The notes under the pieces were generated by a model. It worked only from the letters and a program-made list of their open reading frames with translations. It did no database searches and was not told the origin of the DNA. A program made the position numbers and the translations under genes. Of a stretch of DNA of 64,000 nucleotides, positions 40,501-54,600 are shown piece after piece. Numbering within the stretch: position 1 is the stretch's first letter; each line of letters opens with the position of its first letter. The DNA comes from Paraspadella gotoi (Eukaryota > Animalia > Chaetognatha): assembly GCA_051294375.1 (NCBI GenBank), contig CM119268.1:4313837-4377836 (forward strand), in the 5' to 3' direction.

Positions 40501-43500
40501 ATCCGCCGGATTTTCGGCAGTCGGACCATATCCCATTCGTTCCCCACCTTTCGGAAATTTCACGAATTCGAGAGTATTCGATGTTTGAAAAACGGGATTA
40601 AAACGCGACTTCTCGTCCCGAATTTGCTTGATGACGTTATGCGAATCCGTCAGGAAAACAACTCTCGAATCATTCTTCATGAACTTGATCCAGCACAGAT
40701 AGACGAAGCTCGCGGCGCCGAGTTTCGCGGCGGTAAGTTCCAGCCGCGGAATTGACTCATGGTGAGAACATCTTACTCGAAGACAACGGCACTACCGTGA
40801 CTTTCCAAAGAAATATGCCACATGAGTCTCAGATGGAACTTCGACGCGACGATTACATGACGACGCCTAGCCCCAACTTCGAGGCATCGCAGAAGATGTG
40901 ATTTCCGGCACCGCATGCGTAGTTTCCTTCGTCGAATCCAGCGAGGAATCTCGATGGAAGTAAGTTTCATCAACCCTCTTGCCACGCGACTTGTTGATCT
41001 CGCATGAAGCTCCTTTGATATCGGTCATCCCACGAGTTTTTTTCTTTCGTTGCCCCGCTGAAAAATCTCCTTCCACGCAGGATGAAGGGTGCCACGAACC
41101 CCATCGGATCAAAAGAAAGTGAGCTAGAGTGAGAGCATTTGCCGACGCGTTTGGACTTCAGTTTCCACCTTCTTCTTGTTCGCGTTGAACGAGAAATATC
41201 TCGGTGAGAACAAAGGCAAACGCCTAAGACCTTCTCCCATTATCATCGCTCTCATCACTGAAGGTTTTGATGTCCTTCCCATTCCTTTCAACGCCAGGCG
41301 TATCAATCCTCCACGCCTCCTTATGCGATGACCGCCAGCATACAAGGTCAAAGCCTCCACGCTTCATCGCTTCCGGATGCCCGATCCGGAACTTCGGGCC
41401 GCCTCAACGGTCGCGCGCCGAAAGCAATAAATTGTCCACGTAAAAGTCGTTGATGATGGCGTCAGCAACTTCCGGTGGAACCGGTTCCATAAAGGGTACG
41501 GCCGTGATGCTGAGCACGTAGCTGCAACGTCGGCGACGATTCGCGCCGAAAACGATGAACGATCATCTCCCCATAGAACGAGACTCTCCATAGTATCGTC
41601 CCGAACCACCAAAAATCGAAAGACGTGGCGATCCTTTTGTCGACGAACACGATGGAAAAATCCGCGCACATCAGAGTCAGAGAGATCTCGTGACGGGCGA
41701 AGCGGAAAAGGACTCAGAAGATTATTCATCAAGTCGGCCGGTGAGAAGTTGATCATTGAGGCTTGATCCGTCGCATGAAGCCTTGGCGTCATTGGCCAGA
41801 CGCGGAACTTGCTGGCTTGTCTTCTCTGGTCGCTATATGGGTGGGCAAACACCATATGGGTTTCTTCCGTCCGGACTGAGGGATCATCAATACGAATTGC
41901 ATGTCCTTCTCGAATAATTCCTGGAACGTTTGAAGACTCCTTCTTTGCGGAGCGGCTCACGCCGCATCCTTGCCGTGCTTTCAAAGAGCCGTTCCTGGCC
42001 ATCTCCGACGAATTGCATTGTTGAGAATCTCGCAGCCTTTTTCCGGCTTCCTTCCAAGGAGCCCGACTCTCCATGTCCGATGTCTTCAATCGAACGCAAT
42101 CGTCGACCGCAACTGCTCCATAGCGAAGTCATCTTGCACGCTTGGGTTGAGCTTCGCCGATGGCGCCGAGGCGGAAAATCCGCTTCAAGAGACGTTTGAT
42201 TTCGCGGCTGAGTTGCTCTCATCGACTGCTTAATACGGTGACAGGTCACTTGGTGAAATTCCCGCGGAAGCTGACGATCCTTGGCCGCGTGGGCCTCCGA
42301 TGGTCCATCCCCATTCAGTCTTGAAACGCAATGGGGCATCCTTACTTCCACGGCGTATTTCACTAGCCGTCTCCCATGTCCAAGTATATTCGGCAGATAG
42401 AATGAATCCGATTTCCTGGTTTCAAGAGACTGAATCTCGACATCCACAAGATGAGAAAAAGACAGAAATCTCCTCCTGAGTCGGAGGTGCATTCATCTTC
42501 CGAAGACAAGATGTCGACGGCGAGGACTTCCTCAAGGTCCAGTCGAAAGCGGCCGTCAACTGAAGAAATCTTCATCTTTTTCCAACCATTGGCCTAGGAG
42601 TGTAGACTCAGAGCCGAGAGTTGTCAATTTCAAATTCACGTGACTAAGCGGAAGATTCAATCGCTTCGCGAGATTGACGTTAATGACGCACTTGTTACTC
42701 CCACTATCCAATAACGCGAGGTGGAAATCGTGTCGACCACGAGATCATGATTGGCACCACTGGGCGTACAGTGCCCCGCCCGGCGGCTCTGGGCATAGTC
42801 ACGCGGTCTTGTGCGCTCCGACGTCGATCCCGTCTTATCGGGCCGGCGTCAGACCCATTCTCCCGTGCGGCGAAACAGTTTTTGCCGGAGGGCTGAGAGC
42901 CTCCGCTCCTCTACTTGGTACGCTACGTCGACATGAAAGAAGCGATGATGATTCCAGCTCACAAAAGCATCGCTCTTTTGTAGGGCAATTAGCGTCCCCC
43001 GGATGACCGCTTCCCAAGCAGTTGAAGCAGCGAGACTGAGGAGGCGACAAACTTGCGGCGATCGGCGGGCTTCAATCGCTGAAACTTGTCAGCAGGGGGC
43101 TGCGCAGGTAATGGCGCCCCTCGGCAATTGTGGGCATGGCACCGAGCGTCTCGACGGCGTAGACGCTGACGACGACGCCGGCCTTTGAAACGGCGCCTCC
43201 GGCATTTGCTCGAACTGAAGCGGCGGCGACCGAAGCTTTTCTTCTTCTTCGATGCTTTTCCCCGCAGACGCGACGTTGACCTTTTGCCGTCGTCTTCGCT
43301 TTCTCCGTCGTTCGTGCGCGTGTCGTTGATGTTTCGCCGGCGGTCTAAAGTCGAGAACCTACTTGGTTAATGGCAAGAAACGACAAGAAACACTAAAGGA
43401 AAGATCATCATTCCCAATGGTGATACTGTCTGAAACAACCACTTTTTTCGCCCACTTATCTGTTAAATGTGGCATCCGCTTCGATAGCTGAGATCGCCAT

Positions 43501-46500
43501 GACGGCCGCCGGTCGAGGTCCGCAAGTCGTCGTCTCCTTGGCAAGATCGATAAACCTGCCCTGGCAAGTAATCAACAACGCATGGTCGACCTGCTGAGTC
43601 CTTTCGATCGAGTTTGGGGCCCGTCAGGATCTCTTCTATCATCTCATCTGCCGTCGTCCGCTTCATCCTCCACTTCTTCTTGAGGACGAGAAGGCGTCCG
43701 GCAAGAGCCGGGCGGTAGCGTCCGATTGCGTAAGGAAACGGTCAACGGATCGCTTGGAAGACCGTCGAACAGTGGGGTAGCTCTTCAACTTCATGGGATC
43801 AGTGGCGCCCTCCAACGCACAGACGCTCACTTGAAAGTCTCGAGTTGACGCTCAAAGTCCAATCGTGACGCATTTTCTCGACTTTGTTCTTTGGGCGTTG
43901 CTGCTGAAGCATTTGGAAGGCGAGAGTCTGGGCTTGAATTCCAAGAAAGCCGTCGGCCATCGCAGCTGGGCGGTCGACAGGCCGTTTCAGACGCGCCGGG
44001 ATCGAAGATGGCGCCGCCGGATGCCGGTGAAACGTGTGAGCGTGTGACGCCGCGAATGAGGCGCACGCTTCGAGGGTAAAAGCGGCGCTTCGGCGTTCAT
44101 TTGCGGCAGCGGTAGTAGCGCCAGGTAGAAACGACTGGCGGGGGAGGCGGAGAAGTGACCGCTCCTCCTTCTCCCGCCGCCTCACGACGTTGTCCTTGAT
44201 CACAAAGTTCCCTTAGAACGTCGCGAATTGACTCAAAGTTGCGGTGGATCAAATCGAGGATTGGCGACGGGGCGGAGCGTCATCGGCTCCGCTCCCACGC
44301 CGCCGCCTCACCCTCGTCGAGGATCCGCTTCCGATGAACCCCGCCGCTGATCTGCCATTTGCTGACGCACGCGTGCCGACTTTCGTTAGACGAGCCGGCG
44401 ATGTCACGATGATGAATCGTCTATGTCGTAAGCTGGCGGAGGAGTCGCCAGGTAATTGAAGCCGGCTAACGAGCTGATGAAGAGAGGGCTCTAAACGGGG
44501 GGTGCTGTCTGAGCCTCGACCCAGTTTGCCGTCGCCGTAGATAAAGCAGGCGTCAGGCGAACTAATCAGGTCTCTCTCGGCTTCGCCAAAAGCTCGATCT
44601 GCTGACCTTTGCAAATCTTCCTTCTTCTCTCGTTCCTTTCCGTCCTCGTTGCAATGCGCGATCGCAGCGTGACGTTACGTATGTCGTCTTCCGTCTATCA
44701 CGCATCTCTCTCAGTCGAACCGAAACTCCATGAAGAGTCAAAAGATAGCCGAAAAATCTGGCGCACTTCCTTCGACGCCGACGCTGAGAAGCTTCGTCGT
44801 TCAACAGCGGCCGCTTTGGTTGATCTCGTTGGCGGCGTTAATATCCGAGCGTAAGTATGAGCTCTCGTCGTTCCGGTTACAGGCGGCAGTTCCACTTTCC
44901 GGACCTAAAGGGCCTCCAATGCTCCGGCGCTGCTGCCGTGTCGAAAGATATCGTTGGGATGATATTATTTCTTCCAGTGCCTGTTCCTCAATTTGACGCC
45001 GGTTTGACGTCTGACCGGGAACAAGACGGACGTTGTTGCTCCACTTCATCTTCAGGAGACGGCGGAGGAGGCGAGAACGGCCGGGATGACGCCACGAAGC
45101 CGTCGTCGGGATCCGTTTGCGCCGAAGAACTGGTTCCTTTTGGCGGGAATCTCCGGTAGCTCCGGCATCGGTCGTTATCCGTGCTGCGGCGGAAACGGAG
45201 CGTCCAGTCGACGATATGCTTCTATCTACGATGAGGGCACGCGTCGACATCGAGTTAGCCCGCGAATCGAGTAAAGCGGCGCTGCCCAAGGATGTTGTGG
45301 AGGCGATGAGGAAGTCCGACAAACTTCCATCGCCTCGTCGTTCCAACTGCCTCTAGATATCGCAGAAAACGGATGCGTCGTAAGTCGCTTTCACTACGTG
45401 TCTATCCGCGTTGGCTTCCGCGATGTTTTCTTGCGTCGGAGTGGCCTTGGCGCGGTCAAAAACGAGACCGAATTGGGCGCCTCGACCGCTTCTTGCGACG
45501 TTGAGGCCATGAAGAAAGACGTGGCATTCCGTAAGGGTACCGGCTCGCAGGGAATGAGCCATGTCCGCTTTGAAAAGAGGCTAGTCAGATATTCGGAAAA
45601 GGTAATTGGGGTATGAAATAGTTTGTCGAAACGTCGCGAAGTAAATCGATATTTCTCTCTTTCCACTGGAACTTAGAGCGAGCCCGTTTTCGTGCCTTAC
45701 AAACGTAACAGTACGTCAACGAGAAACGCCGGAAAAAAGGGGGAAGTCCTTAGAAGGTTTACGACACTCGAGCTTCGACGACGACGCTAATGATCACTGG
45801 GCGCGCTATTCTCACTCCTATTCGTAGCCGTCCTATTCGTCGCCGCCGGATGGAAATCGTAGCGGCGTAGAAATCACGAGAAAGTTCTTCACGACGACGT
45901 ATTGCAGCCGTCGGCCGAAGTTTGAAGAAATAAACGAATCGAGACCGAACTTCAATCTCACTGCAATGTATCGAGAAGGAGCGACGGAATTATCCACGAA
46001 AGTAATACCCGTAGAAGATCGTCGGATCTCGTCGCTAGTCGGGGGTCCTCGTCGCAAGTCGTACAACAAAGGCACCGCTAGACCCTTACGTCCGTCAAAG
46101 AATAGCTAGTTCCTTCGATGATGGGAAACGTCGATCGTTCGGCACCCAGAGACCGACGCTGGTATGGCTTTCTTCTCGGTGAACGAAGAAATCGCGAGGA
46201 TTAAGAAACTTCGACGAAACGCTTGAACTAAAGGCGATCCGCAAACGAAGATTTCTAATGTAAACGAACTGAAGTCGTAGAGGTGGCTATCGTGATTCGC
46301 TAACTTTCGCTGAACTAATTCTGCGCTATCAAAAGTAGAGGAATTCGAGGAAGATGGCGCAGAAGAGACGATGGCAACCCCCGCGGTCGCACTAGCTCAA
46401 GATGGCTGACGACCAAGTCTCGGCAAAGATGATCGTCGACGGCAAGGCGGACGATCAAGTCGATGCGAAAATCCAAGGATCTTCTCTGAAGCTAAAGTTA

Positions 46501-48182
46501 GAAATCCTGGACAAAGGAACAAAACATTTTAATACACACTCAGTAAATATATATATACTAAATTTTAAAGAATTCTCTTCTTGTTTCTTGAAGCCAGAAT
46601 TGTAAAATGTTGCCTCTATCACAAAGAAAGTCAACCAATCCAGCGATCACAAAAACTTATTATTAAAAAACGTGTTCCGAGAATATCTATATGCGAATTG
46701 TAGAAAACTTAATTAAAAAGTAGCAAAACGCAGTGTGAGACTAACGTGAATTATGAAAGGCTACACGTCGAGTAGAAATCAGGAACAATGAGATCTATCG
46801 AAACGGCGGCAACCAATCAGAGCCGCACGCACTGCCTCGGAAACATGTACTTAAGTATAATACTTTAATAACATTAATCGAAACTACAGATGTCGCTGTG
46901 ATCGCAGAGAACGGAATATCCTTGCGTTAGTAAGGGAAAAAAAGATCAGTTGGGGAAAAGATAGGAGAAGCTGGAATTTCCTCGTAATATATGATCATTA
47001 TTACGTAACAGATTTATTAATCAAATCGAGCGACTGAAATGGAAAAAAAGGAATGGAGGGTTTATAGTTTGTAAGTTAACCTATCATCATCATCATCCAT
47101 CACTCATATCATCATCATCATCACTCATCATCTATTCATCATCATCATGCATCAATTTTCTTCAACTCATTAATTTCATCGTCATCGTCATCGTCCGTCG
47201 TCTGTCAGTTTTGCATCGATCGTCCCTCTTTCTCATTGAGATTGCACCGAGAATAAGATTAGATTTTTTTTCACCTCATTTTTGTTATCGAGAATGAAAT
47301 CATGTATTTAAACATTTTCAACGGGCAAAATATTTGACAAGAAAGAAAATAAAACGATAACACAATATTTAGGGGGTAAAAAATAATTTATTACATTTTT
47401 TTTCTTTTGTCGACAAAAGTAAAAAAAAACTAATTTTGCGATAGAAAATGTGAATTCCCTGTTAAATAATTTTATTTTGGGGGGAAGAAATTGAAACATC
47501 GGAAGCTATAAACTAAATTAAAAATTAAAAGACTTATACTAAGAAAAAAAATGACAAGTTTTAATTAAGAAAAAAAAAATTGTATAAATTTGAACACTAA
47601 CTGTTTTTTTTTTTTTTGTGCTTTAGACAGGAGAGTCTTTGTCTTATGTATTTCTTATTCTTCTTTCCGAACCTGATCGATTCCGTTTTATTTGTTTATT
47701 ATTATTAAATATATATTATTATTAATTCATATTTTCTCTATTTCTCTTTCTCCTTTAATTATTATTTTTAAATCTTTTGTTTCTTCATTCATTCATTGTT
47801 TCTATTTTATTTCACTCCATTTCCTTTAACTCTATTCCATTCCAATCCATCCCATCCCATTCCATTCTCTAACATCGTTCTTTCCAAACTCCCCTCTCCT
47901 CTTTTCCCCCCTACCACCCATTCCACCCTCCCCCCCCGCCCCCCTTTTTAAACTCACCTAAGTTGGCAGTATATGATGCCACGATGATCATGGCGAAGCC
48001 AGCCCAAACCATTCCCAGCACCCGTGAACTGAACGAGCGTGGTGTTCCCTCGCCCACTCCACTATTTAGCAAGACCCCCCACGCGAACCAGAACGCGCTC
48101 GAAAAGGTGAGCGCCTCCTCCTCAGGCTCNNNNNNNNNNGACAAATGGAAAAGGAATGGAGGGTTTAAGTTTAAGTTAACCT

Positions 48183-48259
<77 letters not shown>

Positions 48260-48578
48260 ATTTTCTTCATCATTAATTTTCATCGTCATCGTCATCGTCA
48301 TCGTCGTCGTCGTCGTTTTCATCGTCGTCCTCTTTCTCTTAGAGATTACGAGAAAAGATTAGATTTTTTTTTTCACCCATTTTGTTATCGAGAATGAAAT
48401 CATTATTTAAACATTTTTCAAGGCAAAAATTTGAAAGAAAGAAAAAAACGTAACAAATATTTAGGGGGTAAAAAATAATTTATTACATTTTTTTTCTTTT
48501 GTCGAAAAAAGAAAAAGANNNNNNNNNNNNNNNNNNNNNNNNNAGCGGAGAGAGAGAGAGAGACGAGAGAGAGAGGAG

Positions 48579-48620
<42 letters not shown>

Positions 48621-51600
48621 CATTAGGGAAAAGCAAAACCTCATTTTATCGACCTCTTCTTCCCTCTTCTCTTTTCGTATCCATATTGCGTTTTCTTGCG
48701 TCGAAGAAAAATCCCGCCAGCCTAATCAAGATTAAACCTTCCCTCTCCTCTCTCAATTTTCTTTCCGCCTATTTTTTCTCTCTCCTCTTTCCTCTCTCCT
48801 CTTTCTCCTCATCGTCCTATTTTTCCTCTCTCCCTATTTTTCCTCTTCTCCCTTTTTTTCTTCCTCTTTTCTTTCCTCTTTTTCTCTCTCTCCTATTTTT
48901 TCCTCCTCATACTCCCCCTCCTCCTCTCATTTCCTCTCTCCTCTTTCTCCGCCCCTCCCCCCTCCCTTCCTCCCCCTTTCTCCTTCCTCCCCCGCAGGTT
49001 CGAACTTGAAGGACTTTCTCCCAACCAATTCAAGGCCAGAGTTGTGGGATGCTAGTCGGCATCTCTGTCCACTTTGTGGCACAATGGCTCTACTCTTGGA
49101 TAGATTCTCGCCCCTTTGGACGGTTTAGGCAGCCTTACCCAGGACAAGGTGGCTTGGAGCGAGGATTTAGGGAAGAGATCCGATGGAAAGTTATCTTTAA
49201 TTATACAATGCCTGAAATGTTATCAAATCTGATTCAAAAGATAAAATTTAACTTTTGCAACATATATTTCAAATTGAGAAAACTAGTTTAAATCTGGTAA
49301 CTTTAAAAAACATAGTGTTTTATAGCATAATGACATTACGCGAGTAAAAAAAAAAATTTTTAAATATTCTACTTAATACTGCATTGATCGATTTTCTTTA
49401 GCTACATAGTTTGTTAAATCAAGAGAGATCGAATCGTAGAAGTCCGACTATGAAATAGGTTAATCAAGTTTTAATCTCTCTCTCTCTCTCCTTTCCCTCT
49501 CTCTCTCTCCTCTCTCCTTCTCTCTCTCTCCTCTCTCTTCTCTCTCCTTCTCCCACACGACAAACCTCCACTCCATCTCTTCTCCCCTACACACACACAC
49601 ACAAGCAGGACAAACGGAAGCGAGCCGAGCCTCGAGAAGGAGCAGCTCAACCATATATTCCGAGACGGACCTTCTGGCAATACTCGCGTGCGAGGGTCTT
49701 GCAATATAGTGGAGTAGGGCGAGAGGAACAACAACAGCTCAACCGATACAGTTACAGAGTATAAAGAAAAACACGACACGGCACATGGGTAGTTATGGGC
49801 GGCTCTCGCCGATGGATACATATCGTCGGCTCATAATATCCAGAACGTTAGCTGTGAGTCTGTAAGAAAGGGGGCTTGGGGGGGGGGATGGGTGGTAGGG
49901 GGGAAAAGAGGAGAGGGGAGTTTGGAAAGAACGATGCTCTAAGCAGACATGGAATGGGATGGGAATGGTTGGAAATGGAATGAGTTAAAGAAATGGAGTG
50001 AAATAAAATAAAACAGATGATGAATGAGAGAAAACAAAAGATTTTAAAATAAGTTTAAAGGAGAAGAGAAATAGAGAAATATGAATTAATATAATATATA
50101 CTTTATAATAATAAACAATAAAACGCGAATCGATCAGGTTAAGGGAAAGAGATAAAATACAATAGAGACAAGGACTCTCTCTAAAAGCGCAAAAAAAAAA
50201 AACAGTCTTAGTGTTCAAGAATATTATACAATTTTTTTTTTCTTAATTAAAAAACTGTTCATGTTTTTTCTTAGTTATAATCTTTTTATTTAAATTTAGT
50301 TTAGTAGCTTCCGATGTTTCAAATTTCTTCCACCCCAAAAAAATATTTTAACAGGTGAATTCACATTTTCTATCGCAAATTAAGTTTCTTTTTTACTTTT
50401 TTCGAACAAAAGAAAAAAAGTAATAAATTGATTTTTCTTACCCCTAAATATTGTGTTACGTTTTTTTTTCTTTCTTGTCAAAATACTTTTGCCTTGAACA
50501 ATGTTTAAATACATGATTCATTCTCGATAACAAAATGGGTGAAAAAAAATCTATCTTAATTCTCGTGATCTTCTAAGAGAAAGAGGAGACGATCGGATGA
50601 AAACTGAACGCACGACGGACTGATGACGATACGATGAGAGATTAATGAGTTGAAGAAAATTTGATGCATGATATGATGAGATGATGATGATGATGATGAT
50701 GAATGATGAGTGATGGATGATGATGATGATTAGGCTTAACTTAAACTTAAAACCCTCCATTCCTTTTCCATTTCGTCGCCTCAGATTTGATTAATAAATC
50801 TGTTACGTAATATGATCAATATATTTAATCGGGAGGAAATTTTTTTCAAGCTTTCCCCCTCTATCCTTTTTCCCCAACTGATCTTATTGTTCCCTTACTA
50901 ACGCAAAGGATATTCCGTTTCTCTGGCGATCACAGCGACATCTGTAAAATTTCGATTATGTATTAAATATATACTTAAGTACAAGTTTCCGAGGCAGTGC
51001 GTGGAGGGCCTGATTGGTTGCCGCCGTTCGATAGATCCTCAGTCCTGATTTAATCGGACGTGTAGCCTTTCATAATTCACGTTAGTCTCACACTGCGTTT
51101 GCTACTTTTTAATAAGTTTTCTACAATTCGCATATAATATTCTCGGAAACACGTTTTTTAATAATAAGTTTTTGTGATCGCTGGCATTGGTGGACTTCTT
51201 TGTGATAGAGGAACATTTTAACAATTTCTGGCTTCAGAAACAAGTAAGAGAATCTCTTAAAAATTTATAATATAATTTACTGAGTGTGTATTAAATGTTT
51301 GTTCCCTTTGTCGCAGGATTTCTAACTTGTTAGCTTCGAGAGATCCCCTGGATTCGCATCGACTTGATCGTTCCCGCCTGCGTCGACGATCATTTTGCCG
51401 AGATCTTTGTTCGTCAGCCATCTTGAGTAGTGGACCCGGTGCCAAGATCGTCTCTTCTTCTGCGCCAATCTTTCAACTCGAATTCCTCTACTTTGATAGC
51501 GCAGGAATTAGTTGTCAGGAAAGTTAGCGAATCAACGATAGCGCACGCTCTACGACTCAGTTCGTTTACATTAGAAATCCTTCGTTTGCGGATCGCCTTA

Positions 51601-54600
51601 GTTCAAGCGTTTCGTCGAAGTTTGCTCTAATCTCGGAGAAATTTCTTTCGGGTTTCACCGAGAGAAGTAACTCACCAGGCGTCGGTCTCTGGGTGCCGAG
51701 ACGAATCGACGTTTCCAATCATCGAGGAACTAGTCTATTCCTTTCGACGGACGTAAGGGTCTAGCGTGCCTTGTGTACAGACTTGCCGACGAGGAACCCT
51801 GAACTAGCGACGAGATCCGACGATCTCTACGGGTATTACTTTCGGTTGGTATAAATTCGCGTCGCTCACTTCTCGATACATGCAGTGAGATTGAAGTTCG
51901 TCTCGGATTCGTTTTATTCTTGCAAAATTCGCGCACGACGGCTGCAATACGTCGTCGTGAAAACTTTCTCTGTGATTTCTAACGCCGCTACGATTCCATC
52001 GGCGGCGACGAATCAGGATTGTGGAAGAATATAAGCGCGCCAGTGTTATCATTAGCGCGTCGAAGCTCGAGTGTCGAAAACCTTCTAAGGACTTCCCCCT
52101 TTTCGGCGTTTCTTCGTTGACGTTACTGTTACGTTTGTAAGAGAAATCGGGATCGCTTAAGTTCAGTGAAAGAGAGAATATCGATTACTCGCGAACGTTC
52201 GACAAACTAATTTCCAGAACCCCAATTAACCTTTCCGAATAATCGTGACTAAGCCTTCTTCAAAGCGGGGACATGGCTCATTTCCCTGCGAGCCGTACCC
52301 TTAACGAATGCCAACGGTCTTTCTTCAATGGCCTCAACGTCGAAGAAGCGGTCGAGGCGCATTCGGTCCTCGTTTGAACCGCGCAAAAGGCCACCCGACG
52401 CATAGAAACAACGCGGAAGCCAAACGCGGATAACACGTAGTGAAAGGACTTAACGAACGCATCCGTTCTGCGATATCTAGAGGAGTTGGAACGACTAGAG
52501 CGCATGGAAAGTTTGTCGGACTTCCTCATCGCCTCCACAACATCCTTGGGCAGCGCCGGCTTACTCGATTCGCGGGCTAACTCGATGTCGAACGCGTGCA
52601 TCATCGGTAGAAAGCATATCGTCGACTGGACGCCCGTTTCCGCCGCAGCACGGAATAACGCCGATGCCGGGGCTACCGGAGATTTCCCGCAAAAAGGAAC
52701 CAGTTCTTCGGTCTGCAAACGATCGACGACGGCTTCGTGGCGTCATCCCGGCCGTTCTCAGCCTCCTCCGCCGTCTCCTGAAGATGAAGTGGAGTGGAAC
52801 AACCGTCCCGTCTGGTTCCGTCAGACGTCAAAAACGGTCGTCAATTGAGGAAACAGCGCACTGAAGAAAATATATCATCCAACGATATCTTTTCGAACAC
52901 GCAGCACGCGGAGCCATTGGAGGGCCCTTTAGGTGCGGAAAGTGGAACCTGCCGCTGTAACCGGAACGACGAGAAGCTCATAGCTTACGCCGGATATTAA
53001 CGCCGCACCAACGAGAATCAACCCAAAGCGTCGCTGATGAACGACGAAGCTTCTCACGTCGGCGTCGAAGGAAAGTTTTTGGCCCGGGCCAGATTTTCGG
53101 CTATCTTTTCGACTCTTCATGGAGTTTCGATCGGACTGAGAGAGATGCGTGATGAGACGGAAGACGACATACGAAACGTCACCGCTGGATCGCCGCATTG
53201 CAGCAGAGGACGGAAAGGAACGAGAGAAAGAAGAGAGAATTTGCAAAGGTCAGCAGAGTCGAGCTTTTGGCGAAGCCGAGAGAGGACCCTGATTAGTCGC
53301 CTGACGCCTGCTTTATCTACGCGAAACGGCAAACTGGTCGAGGCTCAGACAGCATCCCCCCGTTAGAGCCCTCCTCTTCATGCAGCCTCGTAGCCGGCCT
53401 TCAATTACTTGCGACGTCCTGGCGCCCCAGGCTTACGACATAACGATTCATCAATCGTGATCGCGCTCGTCTCAACGAGTCGGCAACTGCTGTGCGTGCA
53501 GCAAAGGCAATCAGGCGCGTTCATCGGAAAGCGGATCCTCGACGAGGTGAGGCGGCGGGCTCGGAGCGCGGAGCCGATGACGCTTGATGGTGTATGACTT
53601 CGGGCCCTGTGGTAGTGGGCTGAATTGCGTTTGGCGCGAGATTCAGTGAGGCTATGTTGTGGGTGAGTCAGTGTTGCGGATGGATGACGTTCTAAGGGGA
53701 CGGTGTTGCTGACTACGAGGACAGAGAGTGGCGGTGAGCGGTGCAGTGCTACTGTGCGTGAGGCGGTGCAGAGGAGAGAGTGTAGGAGGATGCGATGGTC
53801 ACTTCTTGTCTGTCCGCCTCGCCTCCGGACCAGTACGTTTGCTACCGTGTTGGTGGCGCGCTTACTACCGGCGCTGGGCGGCAATGAACGCGGCGCCGGC
53901 TTTTACCCCTCGAAGCGTGACTCTCATCGCGGCGTCACACGCTTCACAACGTTTCACGGCATCCGCGGCGCCATCTTCGATCCCGGCGCCCCCGTCTGAA
54001 ACGGCCTTCGACGCTCAGCTGCGATGGCGACGGGCTTTCTTGGAATCAAGCCCAGACTCTCGCCTTCCAAATGCTTCAGGCAGCAACGGCCCAAGGAGAA
54101 CAAAGTTCGAGGTCGAAAATTACGACGTCAAGTATTGGACTCTTGAGCGCTCACTATCGAGACTTTCAGAGTGAGCGGATCTTGTGCGTTGGAGGGCGCC
54201 ACTTGGGCGAGGTCGCTATGGAGAGTTGAGGAAGGGAGCTACCTCCGACTGGGGTTCTTTTGGACTGGCGGTCTTCCCAAGCGATCCGTTGAGGGTGGAC
54301 CGTTTGTTCACTGACGCAAGGTTATCGGACGCTACCGTGTAGTGTTTGTATGGCGGCTCTTGCGGACGCCTTCTCGGTCTCAAGAAGAAGTGGGGAGAAG
54401 CGGAGCGGGCAGAATGAGATAATAAGAAAGATCGCTGACGGGCCCGCAAAAGCTCGAGTCGGGCGGAAAGGACTCAGCAGGTCACCACTGGCGTTGTTGG
54501 ATTACTATGCATGCAGTTTTCGATCTTGTGGCCAAGGGAGTACCCGACCGTACATTGCGGAACCTCGACCAGGTGGCGGGGGTAGCGGCCGTCATGGCGG

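Larger units (their letters stand above)
32232..46873 (-). mobile_element. Element B: large BEL/Pao LTR retrotransposon; candidate 5' LTR at about 46600-46873, 3' LTR not seen (probably in or beyond the gap at 32207-32231)
   Basis: Full gag-pol motif set; both boundaries approximate because no LTR pair is available. Confidence 0.85.

Noticed and set aside
38454-45562. Frameshifts read as programmed frameshifting or ancient decay
   Set aside because: Indels fall at different positions in the two copies while motifs remain recognisable, consistent with read error
46590-46710. Self-priming PBS in element B
   Set aside because: The PBS-region match to the LTR candidate (tttt(ct)acaattc) is a direct repeat, not a complement
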